A stretch of DNA of 64,000 nt from IMG/VR virus record IMGVR_UViG_3300033075_001711; one strand, 5' to 3'. The notes below the pieces were generated by a model that saw nothing but the letters and a program-made list of their open reading frames with translations, had not been told where the DNA came from and did no database searches. Below are positions 29,704 to 38,390 of the stretch, in pieces; the first letter of the stretch is position 1, and every line of letters starts with the position of its first letter. This DNA is from an uncultured virus (IMG/VR IMGVR_UViG_3300033075_001711). Lineage: Duplodnaviria; Heunggongvirae; Uroviricota; Caudoviricetes. A program made the translations under genes and the position numbers.

Positions 29704-30703
29704 TACACAGACAGCATTAGAAGTAATATCTAAAATATCATCCGATACTTTGGAAGAAATAATTGATATCCAAGAATATAAATTTTATTATCAACCTGAC
29801 ACAGAAAGATATGTATTACAAAAACAAGACAATTCAGATGTCTTTGTTTTTCCTGAAATGTTTTTGTGGCCTAGACAACAAATTTGTAAATTGGCAAAAG
29901 TTCCGCATAATTTTTTTGAGAAAAATCCCATTTTATTAAAAGAACAAATGGCAGAAGTATGGTTTCCAACATTAAAAAACCCAGATCTTTTAATAAAATA
30001 TAATCTTGTTGGTGATAGTAAAATAATCCGAGCTATTTTACCTTCTAATTACGCTACTATTACAACTTCGTTTATTTTAACAGAGTTTTTAAGAGTTTTT
30101 TCTGGGCCAGAATTTCAAATGATTTCTTTAGAAGGTACAGATTTAGACTCTCTTTTCACGCATTTTAGGATTATAGATACAACTAAATATATTTTAGCTG
30201 AGAATAGAAAATTTTATTTAGGGTATTTAGCTATTTGTAGTGAAATAGATAATGGTGCTGATATTATTTTAAATACTTGTTTAGTGGATTTAGAAAATAA
30301 TCTTTCTATTTTACCTATTTATTCTGATAATTTTTATTACGAATCAAAATATAGAGGTAATTTTTTAACTGGAGCGATTACTGAATGTTTAGACAGTATT
30401 TATAGTAGAATGGAATCAGATTTTAATTATCTTAAATCTAAAATAGAAAATATTGTTTCAGAAACATATGATGAAGATAAAGTTAGAGTTTTTCTAAAAG
30501 ATTTAAAAGATATAAAAGGAATGCCTATAAAATTTTTTAGAACTTTAGAGACAGATATATTAGAAAATATTGGAGACTACACAAATTTATTTAGTCTTGT
30601 TTTAAAAATTTCGGAAAATAGTTTAAGTGCGAATTCTTTAAAACAAAGGTTAAATTATGAAACTCTTTGTGGAAAACTTTTAAATTTAGATTTGGATAAA
30701 TAA
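29696..30703 (+). CDS. DUF932-like phage protein
   Basis: QICKLAKVP..F, IRAILPSNY, CSEI..G pattern. Confidence 0.45.
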   Translation: MIDTQTALEVISKISSDTLEEIIDIQEYKFYYQPDTERYVLQKQDNSDVFVFPEMFLWPRQQICKLAKVPHNFFEKNPILLKEQMAEVWFPTLKNPDLLIKYNLVGDSKIIRAILPSNYATITTSFILTEFLRVFSGPEFQMISLEGTDLDSLFTHFRIIDTTKYILAENRKFYLGYLAICSEIDNGADIILNTCLVDLENNLSILPIYSDNFYYESKYRGNFLTGAITECLDSIYSRMESDFNYLKSKIENIVSETYDEDKVRVFLKDLKDIKGMPIKFFRTLETDILENIGDYTNLFSLVLKISENSLSANSLKQRLNYETLCGKLLNLDLDK

Positions 30704-31824
30704 TGAAAAAAGTATTAATTTTTTCTGATGGAGAGAAATTTAATACTGGATTTGGTAGAGAAATAAATTATATTCTACCGTATTTAAAAAATTGGTTTGA
30801 TGTAAAATATTTTTCATTCATAGAAAATCAGAGTAAAGAAGATTTTTTTAATCTTTACTCTGATTTTCAGCCGGATTTAATTTTTTTTAATCAAGATATT
30901 CAAATTATTGATTATTTTTTAAAAGCAATTCCAACTAGAAAAATTCCTGCTATTAGTTGGACAGTTGTAGATAGTGAAAAATTACCTGAAGTATTTTATC
31001 CAACTATTCTAAATATAGATAAACATGTTTTTCAAACCGTCACATCTTTTAATATTGTAAATAAATCTTTGCCGGTAGTTACTGGACCTGTTATTTATCC
31101 TCCTATTGTATTAAAACAAAATGAAAATATAAAGCCTTTTTTAACTAAAAAACAAGACACAAAAATAATTTTTTCAGTTGGAAAAAACATTCAACGTAAA
31201 AATTTTGTTTTGTTATGTGAAGCACTTAAAATTTTAAATGAATCAGAATGTGTTAAAAATTTAGTTTGTATTTTACATACTAGTGCTTGTGAGCAACAAG
31301 GATATGACCTAGAATATTTAAGAAAAGAATTAGATTTAAAAAATTTGATATTTACTTCTGAACTTTTAAATAAAAATTTTATTTCCGATGAAGAATTAAT
31401 CAGTCTATATAAATCGTCAGATCTTTATGTTACTCCTTCTGGACGAGAAGGTGTTGGACTTCCTTTGCTAGAAGCAATGAATTTTAATTTACCTATAATA
31501 GGTATTGATTATTTAGCTACGTCAGAGATATTAGGAGATAATCGAGGATATTTAATAAAACCAAGTTGTTTTGAAACAATGTTAGGGAAACAAAATGTTT
31601 TTATTAAAAATGCAGTTATATCTCCGGATATTTTAGCTTTAAAAATAGTAGAGGTATTAAATAATAAACCAATAGCACAAAATGATTCAAGATCTGATTT
31701 TTTAAAATTATTTGATTTAGAATTTGTAGCTAATCAATTAGGATGTTTTTTCGATCAAACATTAGAAGAATATGAGAAAAAATTACCCTATAATTATCAC
31801 CAACCAGTTTCTTTTTTTATTTAA
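30703..31824 (+). CDS. glycosyltransferase family 4
   Basis: NTGFG, SVGKNIQRKN, LYKSSDLYVTPSGREGVGLPLLEAM. Confidence 0.88.
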   Translation: MKKVLIFSDGEKFNTGFGREINYILPYLKNWFDVKYFSFIENQSKEDFFNLYSDFQPDLIFFNQDIQIIDYFLKAIPTRKIPAISWTVVDSEKLPEVFYPTILNIDKHVFQTVTSFNIVNKSLPVVTGPVIYPPIVLKQNENIKPFLTKKQDTKIIFSVGKNIQRKNFVLLCEALKILNESECVKNLVCILHTSACEQQGYDLEYLRKELDLKNLIFTSELLNKNFISDEELISLYKSSDLYVTPSGREGVGLPLLEAMNFNLPIIGIDYLATSEILGDNRGYLIKPSCFETMLGKQNVFIKNAVISPDILALKIVEVLNNKPIAQNDSRSDFLKLFDLEFVANQLGCFFDQTLEEYEKKLPYNYHQPVSFFI

Positions 31825-31827
31825 ATC

Positions 31828-33747
31828 ATGTCATTAAAAACAATAATAGTAATAGCTGAAAATTCTGAAGATATTTCTAAACAATCTTTAGATTCAATGT
31901 TTAAAAATATTTCACAAAATAAAACATCTTTAGATTATTCTCTATTTTATATAGATAATTCTAAAGAGACACATTTGGCAGATAAAATATTATCTTTTGT
32001 TGATACAATTATAGATTCTACTCCAACTTTACCAAAAATTACTGTCATAAAAAATGATTTAAATAAACCTTTATATCAAATTTTAAATTTCTGTATTTCA
32101 AAAAGTGGTAAAGAGGATGATGTTTTAATTTTTAAAGATAATATTCTTTATCCTTTAAATTGGGATTTACTTATTGATAATATTGTTGATGAAAATCCTG
32201 ACACAGGCATTTTTTGTTTTAAACAAATAGATTTGTTTGGGAATATTTTACCCTCGGCATTTAAATTTAATTCTCCCTCCCTAGAATTTTATCCGTTTTT
32301 TGATGAGATGAAAAATTTAAATCAATTTTCAAAAAAGTATGATATTTTTAATTCTGAGCTAAATTGTATTTTTATAAAAAAAGATATTTTAGAAAAAATT
32401 AAACTTACTAAAGGAATTTGGTTTGATTCAAATAATAACTTTTTTGCTGATTTTATTTTCAGAACATTATTTTCAGATTTAAAAACAAGTTATTTTGGAA
32501 ATATTTGTTTTACAAACATAAATTTTAAATTGGATAAAATTGTTTTAGACTCTAAATTTTCAAATAAATGGGAATCTCTTTTTACAAATGAAAATTTTAT
32601 TTATGAAGTAAATATTCAAGGTATTTTACAAGGCTTCACAGGTTATGGTAATGCTACTAGACTTTTAATTAAAAATTTAGAAGAAAATAACATAAAAGTC
32701 AATTATTCTTATTTATATGGAAATCGTTTTTCAGAACCACCTTTATTTAAATCATTTGATTTAAATTTAGAATTTATTCGGTCTGATCTTTCAAGAAAAA
32801 TAAAACCCGGCGGCATTCAAATTATTTTTGGTTTAGCTGATATTTTTTGTAAAAATAGTGGTGATTACAAAATTGGCTATACTATGCTTGAGACAGATAG
32901 AATTCCAGAAGAATGGGTGTTAAATTGTAATCAAATGGATGAAATTTGGGTTCCATCCGAATTTAATAAAGAAACCTTTTTAAATTCAGGGGTGACTGTT
33001 CCTATATATGTTATTCCGTTATTTATAGATTTTGATCTTTTTGATTCTGATGTAGACCCATACCCTTTAAAATATAAATCTGATTTTAATTGTTTTTCTC
33101 TTTTTGAGTGGTCGGATAGAAAAAATCCATTAGGTTTAATTGAAGGATTTAAAACAGCTTTTGAATCAGAAAAAAATAAATTTGATTCAAGTTTGTTAAT
33201 TAGATATATAAATAGAGATCCTGCAGTTAATATATATTCTCAACTTAAAAATTTAAATTTTAATAAATTGCCTATGGTTCAATTTCTAAAAAATGATATA
33301 AATGATCAAAAAAACATTTTTCATTTAGAGAATTATTATTTACCTTCTTTATATAAAACTTCAGATGTATCTGTTAGTGCTACATGTGGAGAAGGGTATG
33401 GGTATTTTCAATTAGAAAGTGTGTTAATGGGACGACCTTTAATTACTACAGGTTGGTCTGGTTATGTAGAATATTTGAAAGATTTACCATCAGTTTTTTT
33501 TGTAGATTATGATTTAAAAGACATTAAAAATTCAAATTGTCCTTATTATTTAAATAGTAAGTGGGCTTTAATTAATAGAAATGATTTTATAGATAAATTG
33601 ATATATGTTAAAGATAATTTAGATAAAATTAAATCTGATGCTAAACATTCAATCGAAATTTTAAAATCAAAAATAAACCCTCAAGTTATTATGTCAAAAA
33701 TTAAGGGTCGATTGAAAGATATAACTAACAAATTGGAAAGGCTATAA
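31828..33747 (+). CDS. GT2-like/GT4 fusion glycosyltransferase
   Basis: Degenerate GT-A-like N-half (IDNS, IKNDLN); C-half TGYGNA, TMLETDRIP, DEIWVPS, RKN, GEGYGYFQLES. Confidence 0.75.
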   Translation: MSLKTIIVIAENSEDISKQSLDSMFKNISQNKTSLDYSLFYIDNSKETHLADKILSFVDTIIDSTPTLPKITVIKNDLNKPLYQILNFCISKSGKEDDVLIFKDNILYPLNWDLLIDNIVDENPDTGIFCFKQIDLFGNILPSAFKFNSPSLEFYPFFDEMKNLNQFSKKYDIFNSELNCIFIKKDILEKIKLTKGIWFDSNNNFFADFIFRTLFSDLKTSYFGNICFTNINFKLDKIVLDSKFSNKWESLFTNENFIYEVNIQGILQGFTGYGNATRLLIKNLEENNIKVNYSYLYGNRFSEPPLFKSFDLNLEFIRSDLSRKIKPGGIQIIFGLADIFCKNSGDYKIGYTMLETDRIPEEWVLNCNQMDEIWVPSEFNKETFLNSGVTVPIYVIPLFIDFDLFDSDVDPYPLKYKSDFNCFSLFEWSDRKNPLGLIEGFKTAFESEKNKFDSSLLIRYINRDPAVNIYSQLKNLNFNKLPMVQFLKNDINDQKNIFHLENYYLPSLYKTSDVSVSATCGEGYGYFQLESVLMGRPLITTGWSGYVEYLKDLPSVFFVDYDLKDIKNSNCPYYLNSKWALINRNDFIDKLIYVKDNLDKIKSDAKHSIEILKSKINPQVIMSKIKGRLKDITNKLERL

Positions 33748-33751
33748 AAGA

Positions 33752-34480
33752 ATGTTACTGTTTATTTATCCTGAATATGTACAGGATTTTATCTCTAGAT
33801 TCAAAGTTTTAAACATTTCAAAATTACTTGTGTGCGGACCTCCTGGCGTAGGTAAGACATTTTTAATTGAACATTTAAAGAAAATAAAAAATATAGAATT
33901 TTTAGAGGTAGGTTCTTTAGAGATATCAGATTTAAATAAATATTTTGATTTTGTTGTAATTAAACTTCCAAATTTATCCAATTCGATACTTCAAAAATAT
34001 ATAGAGACTAAATATGGTATTATGAATAGTAAAATGATTGATTTAATTTTAAAAAATTCAAATAACTCTATTAAATTAGTAGATAGTTTAGTATTAAATT
34101 TAACTATTTTTGGAGAAGATTTTTTTAAAAATTTTTCTACTTCTAGTTTAATTTCTGAGTTTATCAGTATGATTCGCGTAAGTGATCAGAAAACTCTGAC
34201 TCTTTTACGAATGCTGTCAGTAGATTTAGATATAAATGCATTTATGAGTTTATTAATTAAAAAATTAAATGAAAATATTGTATCTAATATAGAAGTTAAA
34301 TATTCTTTTTTGATCCTTAATAATTTTTTAAAGTTAAATATTAAAAGCTATACAGAGCTTGAATCCGTTTGTTTACTTCTACATTCTAAATTAAAAGAGA
34401 ATTTAGATGTAAAAAATGTTGAAAAACATTTAGACAAAGAAGCAATTTTAAAAAAATTGGGGGCAAAAGAAATAAAATGA
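33752..34480 (+). CDS. shortened DnaX/RFC-like clamp-loader AAA+ protein
   Basis: LLVCGPPGVGKT Walker A, lid-like IDLILKNSNNSIK; no Walker B DE or SRC motif. Confidence 0.5.
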   Translation: MLLFIYPEYVQDFISRFKVLNISKLLVCGPPGVGKTFLIEHLKKIKNIEFLEVGSLEISDLNKYFDFVVIKLPNLSNSILQKYIETKYGIMNSKMIDLILKNSNNSIKLVDSLVLNLTIFGEDFFKNFSTSSLISEFISMIRVSDQKTLTLLRMLSVDLDINAFMSLLIKKLNENIVSNIEVKYSFLILNNFLKLNIKSYTELESVCLLLHSKLKENLDVKNVEKHLDKEAILKKLGAKEIK

Positions 34481-34488
34481 GAAAATAA

Positions 34489-35028
34489 ATGGAATGGTTT
34501 ATATTACAATTGTTACCTATATCAGAGAAAAAATCTCTAAAAGAAGTTATTGAGAATATTGAGGGTATTGTAGGCAAATCTGAGTTTTTTCCAGGACCGT
34601 ATAAAATCTCATTGAAGGCTCTTTCAATGAGATTTTCTATTTTTAATGGCTATATTTTTATAAAAATGGATAGGAAAAAACTCAATAGTAGTTTAAAAGA
34701 TTTAGAAAACTCAGATTTTGTAGATAAAGTTTTACGTGAAACTCCACATGAAAATTCGAAAATAACTTCCATATCTAATTCTATTGTGGAAGGATATAAA
34801 AAAGATCTTTTTGAATCTTTTGAAGAAGGTTTTCAAGAAAATCAAATAGTAAAAATTGTAAATGGAATGTATAAAAATTTAATAGGTAAAATCGTGTGTA
34901 TTTATCCAGATGATGTTTGTTCCGTTCAAATTGAATTATACTCAACTTCAATGTTAGTAAAAATTCCTTTTATGAATATGGACAAATTAATGGAAACTGA
35001 TAGAACAGATAATTATTATTTAGATTAA
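34489..35028 (+). CDS. nusG: NusG-like transcription elongation factor
   Basis: N-terminal WFIL, FNGYIFI (NGN domain), KOW motif VKIVNGMYKNLIGKI. Confidence 0.75.
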   Translation: MEWFILQLLPISEKKSLKEVIENIEGIVGKSEFFPGPYKISLKALSMRFSIFNGYIFIKMDRKKLNSSLKDLENSDFVDKVLRETPHENSKITSISNSIVEGYKKDLFESFEEGFQENQIVKIVNGMYKNLIGKIVCIYPDDVCSVQIELYSTSMLVKIPFMNMDKLMETDRTDNYYLD

Positions 35029-35037
35029 AAGAGATAT

Positions 35038-35661
35038 ATGGGATATCAATCACAAGCGTTAATTCAATACATGGACCCCATTGAAATGGGGAAAAGATTT
35101 GCTGATGGGAATGAGGTTGAATTTGAAGATAATTCTATGCGAAAAATCTTTAAAGAAGCTTTTGATTCTATTAAAGATAAACTTTCTACTTTACCCCCAA
35201 GAGAAATAGACATTTTATTGTTATATTTGTTATTAGATAAAGATCAAAGAGAAATAGCAAAAATTTTTAGAGTTAGTCAAGGAACTATTTCACATAGATT
35301 ACATAGAACTTTTGAAAGATTAGAGTTTATTTTAAAATGTCCCAAATTAGATGTAGAAGAACTTGAAGAATATTTAAATAAAATAATAACAGATAAAAAA
35401 GATGTTACTATTATGAAGTTAGTTTATGAAACTTCTTCTCAATCTGTTTCCGCAAAAAAATTAAACATTTCTCAAGGATGTTTAAGACATAGGTTTTTTA
35501 GGACATTAAAAATAATTGAGAAAAATATTCCTGAAGATGAACAATATAAATTATATTTTGATGTTTTTAATATGTTAAAAGATAATTTTAACATAAGAAG
35601 AGAATTAACCCCACAAAAAAGATGGTGTGATAGGTTTGTTAATTATATAGAAATAAAATAA
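35038..35661 (+). CDS. sigma-70 region-4-like protein with two HTH domains
   Basis: LPPREIDILLL..QREIAKIFRVSQGTISHRL and a second QSVSAKKLNISQGCLRHR. Confidence 0.7.
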   Translation: MGYQSQALIQYMDPIEMGKRFADGNEVEFEDNSMRKIFKEAFDSIKDKLSTLPPREIDILLLYLLLDKDQREIAKIFRVSQGTISHRLHRTFERLEFILKCPKLDVEELEEYLNKIITDKKDVTIMKLVYETSSQSVSAKKLNISQGCLRHRFFRTLKIIEKNIPEDEQYKLYFDVFNMLKDNFNIRRELTPQKRWCDRFVNYIEIK

Positions 35662-35741
35662 TTCTCAATTACTATATAATATTCGATAAATATCAGAATT
35701 AGAAATAACCATCTTTTTTAATTATGTTTTAAAAGGTAAAC

Positions 35742-35978
35742 ATGTACTTTTATGGTCCGGAATTAAAAACACCTTGTTCTTATAGCATTGATATGTTTTT
35801 AAGAAATAATGCTGGAAATACAAAAATTGCTATGACAAAGCAAGTTTTAGCTTCTTTAACAAAAGAAACTATTGAAAACTTACTTATAAAAAAATGTGAA
35901 AAAGATCTTTGGGCTATGGAAGAAGATGGGGTAACTGTAAAAAGATTATTTTCATCTGATGATGAACCAATTAAATAA
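35742..35978 (+). CDS. hypothetical protein (start of late module)
   Basis: 78-aa ORF with AAAGG RBS. Confidence 0.6.
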   Translation: MYFYGPELKTPCSYSIDMFLRNNAGNTKIAMTKQVLASLTKETIENLLIKKCEKDLWAMEEDGVTVKRLFSSDDEPIK

Positions 35979-35988
35979 AGGCTTTAAA

Positions 35989-37878
35989 ATGAGTTTTGGA
36001 AATATAAATAGTATTTTGGGTTTTAAAAAAGAAGCTGAAACAAAAGATGGTAAAGTTTATTTTAATGATGGCATTGTTATAGATGCTCCTGTTTCTATAC
36101 AAGATTTAAGTTGGTTATCTGTAGATCAGAATACCTATAGAGATAATGAGTATTTACCATCTAATGAAAGCACTTTAAATTCTAAATTAGAATTAGAAGA
36201 ACAATGGAATAGCTATAGAAAAAATAGAATTCAACTTCAAAATTCTCCCAAAGAAAAAATATTAAATGATGATATTCGAATTTTGCCTAGTTCAGGCAAG
36301 GTAAATCGAACCCATCCAAGTGATATAGTAAGATTAGCTAAAAAATTAGCTAATGAGGGAAAAAATTTAGAAGACATTGACTCAATAATTAAATCTAATT
36401 ATACTCCAAATCAAATTAGTTCTGTTACGGAAAAGTTGAAAAAGGTAGCTTCAGATTTCGGTTTATTACGACATCTTTTTATTGATATGGAACCCTATGG
36501 TTCTTGTTTTAAATCTGAAGCCACAAATGCTAGAAAAAGATTAAAAAAATCTTCTACTAATTCTGAATATGTTTTAGAAACTCCAGATTGTAAGAAATGC
36601 CCTTTATCAAAACATCATGCTTCTTATTGTTCTTCATTAGATATGAAGATTGTAAAAAACATTCCTTACGATGAAATTAAAAATCCTATTTTAGATAATT
36701 TAGTTTTAAATGGTAAAATTTCTTCTGATGTCAAAGAGAAATTAAAAATATCTAAACTTTCCTCTAAAGATCAACTTAAAACTGCTTTTTTATATTCTCC
36801 ACAGAAACAAAATAGTTTTAGTGGTGTAATGACTCCAGTTAGATCTACATATATACCTAAAAAATATGCTAGTTTTCCAATTCAAAAAGATCCTATTAGA
36901 ACTAAAATTTTAAAAGCAATGAATGAAGGAAAATTTGGAAATGAATTAACTGCATTTATTAATGCTTCTTTTGATGAAAAAACTATAGAAACATATAAAG
37001 ATGTTATTGCTGAATGTAGATCTGAAGAAGGATTATTAGGTGTTATTTATACCGATCCTGATTTTTTTGATTCTTGCGATTCTATGATTAATCACTGGAA
37101 AAAATCAGGCATAGATCCTAAAATAGTGTTTGTTAGAACAAATAGTAGGTGTTCTAAATGTGCTAATGGTAATTGTTCTAAAATAAACAAACCTATTGCA
37201 AATGGTTTAGAATATGAGTGGGAAGGCGTTGCATCTGTTATAGATGAGATGGTTTTAAATAAAAAAATATCTGCAGATAAAGCTAGATTTATATATGAAA
37301 AATATATTGATCCTAAACAAGCTTTACAAGCAGCAGTTTTAGCGACTAAAGATAAAAAACCAGAAGTTGTTGGAGGTAAAAATGTTAAAATTCATGTGGT
37401 TAATGCCTATGAAAATAAATATAATGTTCCAACAGAAAATAAAAATTCAATAATATCTAAAACAGCAAATTTTATTTCAAATGGTAAACCTATAGCTATA
37501 ATTAAAAGAGATTTAAGAAATCAATTTTCTTTTGATGAAACAAATTCTATTTTAAAATCAGCTTTTGAAAGTATTTCAAATATAAATGCAACAAAATTTC
37601 CAAATTGTGATTTGCCTTTTTCTTTGAATAAAAAAGCTTCTTTAATAAAAGATGCTTCTTGTGAAACATGTGTATTTAATCAAGAAACATCCTGCTCTAA
37701 ATTAGGTACTTTTTTTAGTAACTATAAAACTAAAAAAGCAAATATTCGTGTAGAACAAAATGATTTAGATAAATTTGATTTAAAACCATCTAAATTAGAA
37801 TTCACAATACCTAAAAATTCACAAAAAACTTTTGATGTCGATTCCTTCACAGGCTTACGAACATATAAAACAAAATGA
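35989..37878 (+). CDS. putative virion head-associated protein with three Cys-containing repeats
   Basis: Repeated NEGK...GLL..(F/Y).D...SC...CxxC...C units; sits upstream of terminase genes. Confidence 0.55.
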   Translation: MSFGNINSILGFKKEAETKDGKVYFNDGIVIDAPVSIQDLSWLSVDQNTYRDNEYLPSNESTLNSKLELEEQWNSYRKNRIQLQNSPKEKILNDDIRILPSSGKVNRTHPSDIVRLAKKLANEGKNLEDIDSIIKSNYTPNQISSVTEKLKKVASDFGLLRHLFIDMEPYGSCFKSEATNARKRLKKSSTNSEYVLETPDCKKCPLSKHHASYCSSLDMKIVKNIPYDEIKNPILDNLVLNGKISSDVKEKLKISKLSSKDQLKTAFLYSPQKQNSFSGVMTPVRSTYIPKKYASFPIQKDPIRTKILKAMNEGKFGNELTAFINASFDEKTIETYKDVIAECRSEEGLLGVIYTDPDFFDSCDSMINHWKKSGIDPKIVFVRTNSRCSKCANGNCSKINKPIANGLEYEWEGVASVIDEMVLNKKISADKARFIYEKYIDPKQALQAAVLATKDKKPEVVGGKNVKIHVVNAYENKYNVPTENKNSIISKTANFISNGKPIAIIKRDLRNQFSFDETNSILKSAFESISNINATKFPNCDLPFSLNKKASLIKDASCETCVFNQETSCSKLGTFFSNYKTKKANIRVEQNDLDKFDLKPSKLEFTIPKNSQKTFDVDSFTGLRTYKTK

Positions 37879-37887
37879 AAATAAAAT

Positions 37888-38388
37888 ATGGAAAAAGAAA
37901 AAATATTAACTAAAGAAGAAAAATTAGCTCAGAAAAACCAAAGAATTTTAAAAAATGAATTGGTTACTGTATTAGAGACACAAGAAGATTTTAATAAAAT
38001 TATAGATGTGGCTCATAAAAAAATGGCAAAATCTATTGCAGTTATGGAAGAAGAAATGCTGCAAGAGATTCCAAATGAATTAAAATTTAGTGCCGCATCT
38101 AAAATGAATGCTGCAATTAAAAATTTAACTAGTTCTGTTTTATCTCAAAAACAGGCTACTGTAGAAGAACACCTTAATTTACATTCACCAAAAATGCAAA
38201 TGGTGTTCGCTTTTTTTATGAATGAAGTTTATGATTCATTTAAAATGTGTGGTTTTGATAAAGAGTCTCAAGATCTTTTCTTTAGAACTTTATCTGGAAA
38301 ATTAGTTGGTTGGGTTGAAACTATGCAAAAGAAACTTAAAAGTTCCAGTACAACCACTGATAGTTTAAGTATTGAAAATCAAGGCTAA
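37888..38388 (+). CDS. putative terminase small subunit
   Basis: Helical 166-aa protein immediately upstream of TerL (synteny). Confidence 0.45.
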   Translation: MEKEKILTKEEKLAQKNQRILKNELVTVLETQEDFNKIIDVAHKKMAKSIAVMEEEMLQEIPNELKFSAASKMNAAIKNLTSSVLSQKQATVEEHLNLHSPKMQMVFAFFMNEVYDSFKMCGFDKESQDLFFRTLSGKLVGWVETMQKKLKSSSTTTDSLSIENQG

Positions 38389-38390
38389 TT

